From Geosiphon pyriformis uo1 (lineage: Eukaryota; Fungi; Glomeromycota), in the NCBI GenBank assembly GCA_016748015.1, contig JAAOMT010000697.1, forward strand, positions 256,868 through 320,867: a stretch of 64,000 nt of DNA, written 5' to 3'. The notes beneath the pieces are model-generated. The model had not been told where the DNA came from and ran no database searches. It worked only from the letters and a program-made list of their open reading frames with translations. Position 1 is the first letter of the stretch; the number at the start of each line of letters is the position of its first letter. The position numbers and the translations under genes are program-made. Below, one piece after another: positions 12,998-24,545 of the stretch.

Positions 12998-13908
12998 TGT
13001 TACAGATGATTCTTTGGGGTGTTGAGTGAATAACAAATTTGTAACTTGGTGCTCAAAATGATTAGTGACAATGATAATTTGAAGGTATTTTATCTGAAGG
13101 TTTTCCAATCGAGTTTTTTGTATAATGGACAGAGATTCAATGGTAACAGTTTATTAGTAGTTTCTTGAAACTGTAGTTTTGTCAATTGTTTGCTCAGCTT
13201 GATGGTTGATGATTCTTCTGATATAATATCTTCCATAAGTGTATACCAGTGCTGTTTCCTGATGTCAGTTTCTCTGTAAGTTCTCTAAGACTAAGTATTG
13301 TTTAAGCAAGTTTATTCCTCCATAAGTCCTCCAAAAGTAAGTATTGTTTAAGTAAGTTTTATTCTTCCATAAGTCTTCCAAGAGTAAATTCTTTAATCAA
13401 GTTAGTAGACAACAAAAAAAATAAAGAAAAAATAAAAGAAAAAATAAGAAATAAGCCAAGATGATTTGCAAGTTAGTATCCTATCAATAGCCATGATTAA
13501 GAGCTATTGTTCCAGTATGGTTAAGTATCAGTTACTATTAACATAAAGTGTTAATAGTGAAGAATGAATTTAATATAGCAAATAATTATTTATTTGAGGA
13601 TTGTGGTAACTAAGCTAAGGATTCTTGGTGTCGATTCTGTCTTTTCTACTTCTAATGCTATTGCTATATATACATATTTGAGATTCCTTAATTCTTCAAT
13701 TCCTTGTGACAAGAATCCTGCAATTCCTGATGAGAGGAATTCTGGAATTCTGGAATCTTGTGATTTCTCATCAAAGAATCTTGAAATTTCTGGAATTCTG
13801 CAATTCTTCTGAGAGGAATCCTGGAATTCCACATTTACTATGTCTATTTCTGATTGGCTAATCTCTACTTGCTAATAATAATATACTTCCTCTATTCTAT
13901 GAGTAACA
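12998..13908 (-). repeat. 3' LTR of element A
   Basis: Runs TGTTACA...GTAACA and is a direct repeat of 24546-25385. Contains a ~46-bp tandem repeat (13275-13390) and a GGAATTCT-type array (13680-13830). Confidence 0.93.
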
Positions 13909-13924
13909 TTATTCCCTTCTTTTA
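13909..13924 (-). other. Polypurine tract of element A
   Basis: The - strand reads AAAAGAAGGGAATAA immediately before the LTR's TGTTAC. Confidence 0.8.
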
Positions 13925-14730
13925 ATATTGAGCTCTATCGAAATCTAACTCTTTTAATTCCCCCTTTTGAATTATTTCTTGAACTTTTTTTTTGAGTATT
14001 ACTTGTGTTATTTGAGTTTGTAGCTCTTCAAATTGGGCATTAATCATTTTCCCCAATTAATTACTCATAATTGTATCCATTGCTGTATTGAGTAAGATTT
14101 CTGGTTGGTCTTGAAATCCCATATATAGCCAGTAAATGGCTCGAGCTTGTGTGGTTAGATTGTTCTTTTCCACAAATTGTTCCAGTTGTCTCAGTATTGT
14201 TGTGTCAAATAACCATTTTGTTTTGTCGGTGTACAAATTCTGGATATTTACATGTTGTTCCAAGTGAAAATGACAATAGTTTTTCGGAAATTGTTGTGTC
14301 CACTAAGTCTAAGTTTCTCTGGTAAGTTCTTGGTATAATCCGACTATTTGTTGTTCTTTCATGGCCAATTTTATCTTGGTCATAATCTTGTCAACAATAT
14401 TTTCAAGTTTTCTTTGTATTTTGTGTTGTGGTATTCTTGCAGTACTTTTGTATCGAATGGTTTGTTAATTGATTGTAATTTCCATCTCCTAGTGTTGGAT
14501 TAATTGAAAGATTTGTTGTGCTAATGAATAGATGTTGTTGGTAATTTCCATTTTTCTGCATTTTTTTTCTATCGCATTGACTATGCCTTTATATATTCTT
14601 TCTGTCAATTAATTGGACATGTTGTTATAAATAATGATAATTGGTTCCAGATCTCGTGGAATCTCATCTGGTTGGACTAGTATTCTCTGTATTCTCAATT
14701 GTAGAATATTACTGGTGGATGATAATACTA
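13924..14730 (-). pseudogene. Extra ORF of unknown function in the env position of element A
   Basis: Essentially one reading frame of ~265 codons (one homopolymer run uncertain): ...QRILVQPDEIPRDLEP...QQFPKNYCHFHLEQHV...AIYWLYMGFQDQPEILL...KELDFDRAQY*. Broken by TAA/TAG codons compatible with Gln codons. Ends at the PPT. Confidence 0.7.
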
Positions 14731-14859
14731 TATAATGGGTTTTGAGCAAGTGTAAATTTTGTGATGTTCTCCAAAAGGTGAAATGGTAATTGGCTGAAGA
14801 AGTTGAAGAATCTAGTAAGATTCATTTTGTGTATTAAGAACTATGTTTACTGGAACTGT

Positions 14860-15610
14860 AAATCGTCCAGTTGAACCAAAACCTTGAGTTCCTCTTTCAC
14901 TTTTTCCCAATTGTTCTCTGTTGTTTACTGATTGTAAACCCGAAATGTTAATTAAAGGTAAGTAAATTGCTTAAGCAATTTTTTCAGCATGTTCAATTTT
15001 GAATGGTTTGTCTGTCTCATTCTGTAACATGATGGTAATGTCTCCAGTGTATCCTGCATCTATAACTCCTCCTCTAATATTGATTTCTTTGCTTGCCAAT
15101 GATGATCTGGAGGCAATTTAAACCATTGCTCCTGGTGGAATTTCAAGAGCAATTTTTATATTGATTTTTGTCAAAGACTTTGGTTGGAGAATCAAAGTAT
15201 CTTTTCCTGGGTATCTTAAGTCATATCCAGCATCAATTTCGTGTGCTTTTTCTGGTCTGATTCCTTGGCCATGGTTGTCAAAATATTTNNNNNNNNNNNN
15301 NNNNNNNNTGTTCAATTTTGAATGGTTTGTCTGTCTCATTCTGTAACATGATGGTAATGTCTCCAGTGTATCCTGCATCTATAACTCCTCCTCTAATATT
15401 GATTTCTTTGCTTGCCAATGATGATCTGGAGGCAATTTAAACCATTGCTCCTGGTGGAATTTCAAGAGCAATTTTTATATTGATTTTTGTCAAAGACTTT
15501 GGTTGGAGAATCAAAGTATCTTTTCCTGGGTATCTCAAGTCATATCCAGCATCAATTTCGTGTGCTTTTTCTGGTCTGATTCCTTGGCCATGGTTGTCAA
15601 AATATTTAAG
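14860..15610 (-). pseudogene. Trimeric dUTPase domain of element B
   Basis: All five motifs present: DAGYDL, ASRSSLA, GGVIDAGYTG, KIA(Q>*)A and ERGTQGFGSTG. Partly repeated across the N gap. Confidence 0.92.
15289..15308. other. Assembly gap (20 N) flanked by a 299-bp near-identical overlap
   Basis: 14990-15288 repeats as 15309-15607, with one C/T difference seen. Confidence 0.95.
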
Positions 15611-18600
15611 TTGTAGAGGTGGTTGCTTTTCAAGAAGATAGATGGGAGTGGTTGGTAGTTCTTCTACTTGTTCAGATACTTCAAATTCAATTTCATTTTC
15701 ATCATTTTCATCTGGCAGAGGAATGCTAAGAGCATAACATTCTAAACACTATTGGTCATCACAAGACATAACACATTCTTCACACAATTGAATGTTCATT
15801 TGCTCTAATCATTGAATTTGAGCTTCTTTGGTCGGATATGTGTGGCTTGCAATTTGGTGGTAGGTTTCTACTTCATCTTCATAATCAAATCCAGCTAATT
15901 CCATGGTGTACTCAATATATTCAGCTTCTTTCATTTGGTGGACATCTTCTTGAATGGCTCCATTGATTAATGCCATTGCTAGGTCAAAAATCATTTCAGC
16001 ATTATGAGGGTAGTGGTAAAGTTTATTAAGAGCACTGTTGTATGCTGCATCAAATGGTGTCCTTCTTCTGACTTTTTCCAAAATTGATAGAGCATATTGA
16101 CAGGTTTGATCACATACTCCTCCTTTCATTGCTACATCAATCCAATTGTATTCTTCTGGTAGTATTTCTCCACATGTAAAGCAAAGTGTGTTGTCCCATT
16201 TTTCATTTCTTTTTGGAGATCCAAATCATTCTCTATGGCATGCTTTGCAAAAGTAATAGGTACGAGTTTCATATTCCTCTTCTGGAGAAATACATGCTCC
16301 CATTGATAAAAGTTTTTTGTTGCAATCTTTGCATTTGAGTGGAATATAAAGTGGTTGTTTCTGTGGTTCTGGTGTAGAATATCTAACTTTCTTCCATCCC
16401 CTTGATTCTTTGAAAATCTTTTGTTCAGTTTCTTCAGCCCAATTGAATGTTGATCCAAGAGCCATGTAGGTTTCAGTAAGTGGCATTTCTTTCTCCTCTT
16501 TAAATTCAAATACTAGAGCTTTTTCTGATTGTTTGTTAAAAGTACCACAGGTTGCAGGTACTATGGTATATTGTCCTTGGTATGAGATTTTAAGTTCTTG
16601 AGTTTCCCAGTTCAGGTTTGCATTGGCCTTGAGAAGCCAATCATTTCCAACTAGAGCTTGGTATTGGGGTGCATCTATAACAAGAACTTTAACTGGAATG
16701 GTGATTCTATCAATTGAAAAAGAGAAATTATCAATTTCTCCTACTGGAGTCTTCTTCATACCATCAGCTGTGACAATAACTGTTTGAGCTGGTTTGTCTA
16801 TGTTTCGTTTGAGTTGTTGCATCAGCTGGTAAGTGATGATACTTCCAGCTGATCCACTATCTAAGATTAAGCGAATGGGTTTTCCTTTCACTGTAGCTTC
16901 TGTGTACATGGCAGTAATTGCTTTCTGTTCATTGACTGCTGTATTACTAAGCAGAAATGGTGATTCATTTGCCTCAAATTCAAATGGAAATATATCTGAC
17001 AGATTAGCATTTTGGGCAATTTGAGCTGGAGGAATGGTGTGGTTGGAAGAGTTTGATCTTGGTGCTGCAATTTCACCTTCAGAAAGTGCAGTTTGTTGAA
17101 AATCCGATTCCTCTGGTATTGTAAGATAACTGGGTTGAGTGTGATAGTAATTGGGTCTTTGCTAGCCTGAATTTCGGGGAACCAACTGGTTATTTGGATT
17201 GATTCTGTTGTGGTTATTCTGCAATTAATTTTGGGATGTGGATTGGTTATGTTGAACCAATCTTCTTACTGGTACTGGATATTGTTGAATGGGTGGTGTC
17301 TAATATGGCTGAATTGGTAAAGGTTGCTGATATTGTTGCTGCATTGATTGTGGAGCTGGTGGATAGTAACTGTTTTGATTTTGTGGCCTTGGTGAATAAT
17401 AAGTTGGTAGTGGATATTGGTAATAGAATTGTTGTAGTGAAGAGTAATGTTGATTACTCCTGTTTTGTTGGTCTCTTTGTAATTTCCTACAATCTCGTTT
17501 CCAGTGTCCTGGAATTCCACAATAATGACAATTTTGAGATTGGTTGTTAGATGAGGATCCAAAATTGTTTTGGTTGCATTGTTGTGGGGGTTGATATCTT
17601 TGTGGTTGTTGTGGCTGTTGTTGTTGGTTTGTGAAATAGCTTTCAACTTTTTTTGTGAGTTGGTCTATCTTTTTTTCAGCTGCTGAGCTGGTTTCTCCAA
17701 TTGCAAGATTTACAAGCTTGGTGTGATTTGCTTTTTCCATTGCCATTTCATAGCTCTTTGCCTGTTTAATAACAGTTGCTAAGTCTGCTGGAACATGTGG
17801 ACAGACTTTCTTAATCAGTTTGTCTTTTAACCCTGCTATAAACTGATTCAGAATTTGAGCATCAGAATAGTAGTCATTGGTTTCCAATTGTCGGATTCAT
17901 CTGAGAAGTTTGTTAAATCTTCCAAGATAGGTCATAACAGATTTAGATGTTTCTTGTTTGATATTGCGAAAGTGGTTTCTGAGAGTGATAGAGATATTGT
18001 TGTTGGTGAATTGTTGTAGGAAAGCATCTTTGAATGCTTGCCAGTTTTCAAATGGTTCTTCTAAATTTTCAAATCATTCTCCTGCTGTTCTTTGGAGAAA
18101 GTAGGGAATTGCTTTAAGCATTCTTGCTGCAATCCAACCATTTGCATCTCCTGCTTTTTGAACTTTGTCAAGCCATTCTTGGGGACTGGTATCATTGTCT
18201 TTACCAATGAATTCTGGGATTTTTGCAATGTAAGCAGTTGCCATTTCTTCTTCGTTTTCTGGAAATTCTTCTAGTTCTGATTCAGTTTCCTTACTTTCCA
18301 AGCTTTCTGAGTGATTACTTTTGTTTTCCTGTAAGTAATTAATGATATTGGTACTTGTTGATATTGGTTCCTGCTGTTAAGTAGGATTTCTAGATAACTG
18401 AAAATCTTCTGGTCTGGAGAAATGGCTAAGTGGTGAACTTGGTGTTTATGGTTGAACAAGTGAAATTGGAAATAATGTAATAGAAAGTGGTAATTTGACA
18501 CTGGTTCCTTGTTCAGGTGTTTGCAAGTGTTTGGCAGTTGTCTTTTGTAGTGTTGTAGTGTTTGGAGTGGTTCTTGAGTATTGCTTCAATCTTTGTTTGC

Positions 18601-19006
18601 CTTTATTGCTTGTTTCTGTTTCTGATTCAAAGTCAAAAGAGTATTTGGACTGTACTGGGTATTTTTCTTCACAATACTTAATAATATTAAAATTAAGTTC
18701 TTGGAAGTAGGTAGCAAGTGTTTCACTGTTCAGGTTTTCTGTTTTCAAATGTGAATAATGCACTAGATTATTGTAGAGGTTGCTTCTAACTTCTGAAATG
18801 TTGTAGTTTCCAAAAAGATAATTGTTGATATGGTTTTCAATGTATTAGTATACTGATTTCTTTACAATTTCAATTCCGTCTGGAATGTTGAATCTTTGCT
18901 TGCAGTGAGTGTAAATTGACTGGTAATACTCTAGAGTTGCTGTGTTTGGTGTGATTGCTACTTTGAATTTGTTGTTGCTGTGTTATTTCCATGGGAGAGC
19001 ACCAAA

Positions 19007-20019
19007 TGTTATCAGAGGTTTTTGGTCTCTTTTCTTAAATGTTGGTAATGTTGATTTGCTGTGAATTTACGTTTTCAAGAAGTAGTTGAACCTCCAATAA
19101 CTGAATTTATCTTCAAATTATCTCTTATAATTTGAACTACTGGGCTTATAAGTGGAATGGCCAATTCCTTGCCAGTTACTTTATGTAGTTACGTTGTAGT
19201 AAATGTCAACTCTTTCCCAAGAATTGTTCATCTGGAAGCTTACTAAAAATGTGTAGTTACTTTGCTGTGAAAGTCAACTCTTCTACAGGAATCTTGTCTG
19301 TAGGCTACCCTAATGATTATAATAAGAAAAATAAAAGAAAATAAAAGAAATATAAAAGAAATAGAATTTTATCAAAAGAAACGTTTTCTATCCAGGCCTG
19401 AAGTCACTAACAGTTTACTGAAATTGGTAGCTAATCAATTTCAAAATGTTAGTTGGGTTTTGGGGATTTTCCAAGTACAATAATTAAAGAATTTGGTTTT
19501 TCGAATTATTTGATATTTATTTTTTTTTGTGTATATAGGAACAGTTTTTAAGAGATAAATCTAAAATAAGATACATTTTCCAGAAAAGAAAAGCTCTTCT
19601 TTTATACAACTTGTTGTAGTACTAGTTTATGAACTTGCACTTTTTCTCTTTGTCCAAATTCCAGCAAACTAAAGATACATTTTAATGAACTACAAGTTAT
19701 TTTGCTGAACTATTGATTAATTTGGGTGAACTATTCATAATTTCGGTGAATTTCTGTAAATTTCAGTGAATTTCTTATAAATTTCGGTGAATTTCTGTAA
19801 ATTTCGGCGAATTTTTGAATGTTACAAAGTTCAGGGTATTGTGTAATTTAATCATCTTACTTTCTGTTATACTAATTAGATTATTTTAATTGAATTGTGA
19901 TATGTAATAATTGATTAAATAATAAATGATAATTTGAAATGACATTAATATACTAATGAATTATAGGAATTATAAGAGTAATTTCATGCTAATTAATAGC
20001 TAAAATTCTACTGGTAACA
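19007..20019 (-). repeat. 5' LTR of element B
   Basis: TG...CA ends with short inverted termini. Reverse-complement homolog of the solo LTR at 35547-36519. Contains ~20-bp tandem repeats at 19735-19820. Confidence 0.9.
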
Positions 20020-23000
20020 ATGTGATATTGACATATCCACAAAGCTGTGAAAAGTCCGAAATGGTGCTTGGTGGTTGATCTTCTATTTCAGTGCTTAAGT
20101 ATCCAATGGTGGTTCCAGCTAGTATTACTATAACATTTCTTGTGTTATTATAGATGGAAATTTTGATGTGGCTATAATCTTTGACTGGTATATAGAGATT
20201 GATGAGTTTAATTTCTCTTGATTTACAAAGAGTTGTTTCTGCTTCAAAAATCTGATTCTGTTCTTTTACTTTCCACTTTATTCCTACCATGTACTGGCCA
20301 TATGATGAAATGGAAATTGCTTGACCCGTTAAGATAATTTCTCCTTGGTCAACAATTTCTTCTTCTGCCATATTGACTGGTACATCTATTCTACCCGTTG
20401 ATCTAAATCCCTATATTCCTCTTGCTGTTATCCTTAATTCCTCCCTATTTCCTACTAATACTAACTGAGCTATTTTCACCAGAGACAGGAATATTCCCTG
20501 TGCTATTTTTTTGTTTGGCTCTATGATATAGGCCTTTTTAGAGTCATTTTGTAGCATAACAATGATATTTTTTACATATATTCTGCATCAATTATTTCTC
20601 CTTTTATATTAATCCCTCTTTTCACTAAACTACTCCTAGATGCTAGTTGAACCATTGTTGTTACTGGAATTTCCAGTGCTACTTTTAGATCTATGCAGGT
20701 GTGTGAATGTGGTTCCAATTTTATAACATTTTTTTCAGGATATCTCAGATCAAACCCAGCATCAGTATTGTGTACATGTTCTGACATAATACCTTCATTA
20801 TTGTCACTATACCATTTCAACTCCTGTTCTTTGAAGAGGTCTGACAGTGCAATGTATTGTTCATATTTTGGGTTGGAGTTTGAATCTGAGTTGGAATCGT
20901 CATCATTGTTATTACCAATTTAAATGGAGCTGGAACCAGTGTTTTCATTGTCATTATTGTCAGAGTTTGAATCAGGATCAAATGGTGATTCCAATTCGGA
21001 TGTGCAGCTGCTGATTGGTTTAATTTCCTCCAGGATTGTGTAAATCATGCATGGTAGTGGATTGTAAATGAGGTCACACTTATTACAATATTGGAAGTCA
21101 CAAGGAATCAAACAGTAGTCACATAATCGGGTGTTTAGTTGTTCTAAATGCTGCTCTTGCTCTTCTCTTGTAGGTGCCAAATTTTGGTAGTATTTGTGGA
21201 AGTCTTCTGGACTTGTTTTTTCATTCATAAAAGCATCTGGGTTAGAAATATGAATGATATTGACCAGTTCTGGAGGATTGTTCTTAATTTTCAGTATTTT
21301 ACTGGGTATAGCATCTTCTATTTTGGCGTTGGCCATTTGCCAGATCTTCTCTTCATCATGGGAGTAACCATCTAAACGATTGAGTGCTCAGTGCCATGCT
21401 GCTGTAATTGGAGTACCACGACTCACCCAGTTACTAATAAGGATAGTGTATTGACACAAAGTGTTACATGTTCTTTCTTAACCAGGAATGTCATTCCACA
21501 TTCCTTCGTCGAGCAGTTGTTTGCTGCAAATGAAACATGATTTGTTGTCCCACTTGCCTTGTTATTTTGGATAGCCATAGCATTTTTTATGACAAGGTTT
21601 GCAATAATAGTGGGTTTGCGTTCAATGGTCCTTATCTAGCACAATTCAGACTCCCATAAAAGAAAGTTTCTTCCCACAGTCTTTGCACTTGAGCAGTATG
21701 TATGGCGATTATGGCAGTGGCTCATGAATGGAGTATAAACAAGTCCAGCCACTGGTGGTGTCTTTTGTTGATTCAGTTTCCTCCAGTATGTTGTCTTCTC
21801 TTTTCTTTCCTTTCCTTTTTTCTTCTTAACTTAGTGTAGATGACAACTCATTTTGGTTGTCATCAATCCAAGTGCCAATGGTAGTTTTCCAGATATGTTC
21901 TTCTTTCTGCTTTCCTTTTTTATGGTCGTCTTCATCTCAGACAAATATGGGCAGCAGTTCATTGTGCTCAACGTCAGCCCACGAAACCTGATACGCTTTT
22001 CATATTGGTTTCTTTGCTTCCTCCTCAAATTTGATTAGTGGCTGCAAGTTGGTTGGTTTAAAGTGGCCACATACTGCTGGTGCTCGAGTATGTTGACTGT
22101 TTTGGTTCAGTTGGAGCTCTTGCATTATTCAATTGAGTACAATATTTGTTTTGGATAGCCAATTATTTCCAACAAGAGCTTGGTACTAAGTAGCTTCCAT
22201 CACAAGGACTTTGATGAGTACTGTAATGTTGTTAATTTCGATAGGTAGGTTGTCTATTTCACCTATTTGAGTTTTGGTTGCTCCATCAGCTGTAATGATC
22301 CTTGCACTGGCAGCTTGGTCAACTCAGTAATCTAATTGATCCATGAGTTGCCTTGTTATGATGTTGTCAGCTAATCTACTATCTAAGATCAATTTGATAG
22401 CATGGCCATCAATTTTGGCATCTGTATATATGGCAGTGATTGGCTTCTTTTCAAGAGCTGCTCTACTGAACAACAGGATTTCAATTGTTTCTTCCAAGTC
22501 AAAGGGAAAGATGGCTGCAAGCAATTCATTGTTGGTGACAGTTGCTGGTAGAATGTTGTTAGTAAGTGCTTGTTGTTGGTTGGATCCCAAATTGTTGGTG
22601 GTGGCATCTTTTGGAGTAACCAAGAGACTTAAATAGTTCTGGGAATTCGATTTTGGGTTTAGAATCAGAGATCGGGGTTTTGATGTTGATTTCCTGATCA
22701 TCGGTTATAAGTGTTGCAGTTGGCTTTTATGTGACTTTGTTTACCACAGTTGTGACAGACACATGTTTTCTGCTGCCATGGTTGATTAATTAACAATGAT
22801 GGACATGTTTGATTTTGGAAATGATTGGCATTTCCCTGATTACTGCATCTTTGAAGAGGTTGATAAATGGACTGATGGTTGTTAGCTAAGTATCTCTTGA
22901 TTTTCTGATTGATGATATCACTGATTTGCTTCAATTTGGAATCCAAATCAAATGATCTATTCATTATTAAATTTACAGCTTGAGCGTGGTTGGCTTCTAG

Positions 23001-24545
23001 CTCAGCTGATTCAAAATCTCTGGTGTGTGTGACTGTGACTTGAAAATTGGCTGGGTGTAATGGACATATGTGTTGTAAAATACTACTGCACAGACCACAA
23101 ATAAACTGGTTGAGGATCTGGGGTTCTGTGAAATACACAGCATCAATGGCTTGAATTTGGCATAGGACTTTATAAAAGTATTCTAGATATGTTGTAACTG
23201 CTTCAGTATTATTCTGTTTGATTGTGGTAAAAGTATTGGCTAGACAATTAATACTGTTATTGTTGCTAAAATATCTCAGAAAGGCAGTTTTGAATTGTTA
23301 AAATGTTTGTGGTCTGGTGGCTAAACTCTGGTACCAAGAATTGGCAGTTTTTTTGAAAAAATATGGTATTGCCTGTAGGGCTCTGGCGTCATCTTAATTG
23401 TTTGCTATGATGGCCTTGGAGATGTCATTGATCTATGCTTGAGCGTCATTTTCTTCACCGGTAAAGTTTTCTAACTTTGTGATGGATGCATAGGCCATTT
23501 GGTTTATGTTTAGTTGTTGTGGTAGCTGTTGAAGTGGTTGTTGTTGCATGGGTTGTTGGGGTGGTAGTTGAAGTGGCTGCTGTATGAGTTCAGCTATTGA
23601 ATTAATTGGTGGTTGATTAATGATAATTACTAGAGGTAAGTTTTGTTGATTTATTAAATCAGAGTTCTGATTGTTTTGATTTTGCTGAGTTCTAATATTC
23701 GGAGTTTCAATTTCTGGATTTTCTATGTTTGGATTTCATGGAGTTTGAACATTTGGGGTTCTGAATTTTGAGTTTTCTGAGATCGGGTTTTGGTAAGTGA
23801 ATCCTTGATTTTCACTTCCTTCCTTTTTTTCCTCTGATAATTCCCATGGAGTAACAGCTCCGAAATCTGGTTGGGGTAGTGGTGATTGAATTCCTGATGA
23901 CATTGGGGATCATGATTTAAATCCTTCAAAATATGCACCATATAGTCCTAGTAAGTCTTTTTTTTATTGTTTGCTTTGGAACTGAAATTTTCCAAATGTT
24001 GATATCACATTTGATATGGACACATCTGCTGATGAAATGTTAATGGTGCTTCCAAATGTGTAGTGATATGATGGAGCGGTTGGTGATTTTACTCTGTGTT
24101 TCTTCCAACTAGGTAACTGTATTCTTTTTGGTGTTGCTGCTGGTGTTTGTATTTTTCCTTTACCTTTGTCTGCATAGGTAATAGGAAATTGTTGTTGCAT
24201 GTATCTTTCAATGGTTTGATTAATTTCCCTAATAATTGGGGCGAAACTGTGATTTCTTGGTAAGCTGGTGTGTTAAAATAATTCTGTATAGAAATTTTCT
24301 CTTGCTGACTTGATATTAACGGTTCCTCCTAAACAGTTTGTGATTTTATCATTAACGTAATAGTTGAAGGCTAATTCGGCTGAGTAGTGATTACTGTTTA
24401 ATCCTAATTGTTGGCTGTATTGTTGAAACAAGAATTTTGCAAATCCTAAGTGGTTGACTTCTATAATTTCTGATTCTGCCACATTTGGATGGTGTGTTGT
24501 TGGTGCTGGTTCTCTGTAGGATTATACCTCACAGAGAGCACCAAA
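20020..24545 (-). pseudogene. Element A gag-protease-Cys-rich-dUTPase polyprotein, decayed
   Basis: Gag (YFTEPQILNQFICGL), knuckle CHNCGKQSHIKANC, protease IKLILDS...ALVGNNWL, dUTPase DAGFDLRYP...ASRSSLV...GEIIDAEY...GFRSTG (20390-20820). Cut at 20020 by LTR-B. Confidence 0.88.
24534..24543 (-). other. Primer-binding site TGGTGCTCTC (same sequence in element B at 18995-19004)
   Basis: Lies 2 nt inside the 5' LTR and is complementary to a tRNA ending GAGAGCA-CCA. The tRNA was not identified. Confidence 0.85.

Larger units (their letters stand above)
14735..20019 (-). mobile_element. Nested LTR retrotransposon B, 3'-truncated (5' LTR, gag, protease, Cys-rich domain, dUTPase)
   Basis: LTR 19007-20019 (TGTTATCAG...CTGGTAACA), PBS 18995-19004, Gag (IAKIPEFIG...QEWLDKV; QILNQFIAGL), CCHC knuckle CHYCGIPGHWKRDC, aspartic protease LILDSGSAGSII...ALVGNDWL. 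Confidence 0.9.

Noticed and set aside
13275-13390. ~46-bp repeats that could resemble a CRISPR array
   Set aside because: They are tandem with no unique spacers, lie inside both LTRs of a eukaryotic retroelement, and no cas genes are present.
13590-13832. Short ORFs in the LTRs and antisense ORFs over genes and transposons
   Set aside because: They are by-products of repeats or opposite-strand coding, with no independent support.
14990-15607. Apparent tandem duplication of the dUTPase
   Set aside because: The two near-identical 299-bp copies abut a 20-N gap, which is typical of unmerged contig overlap.
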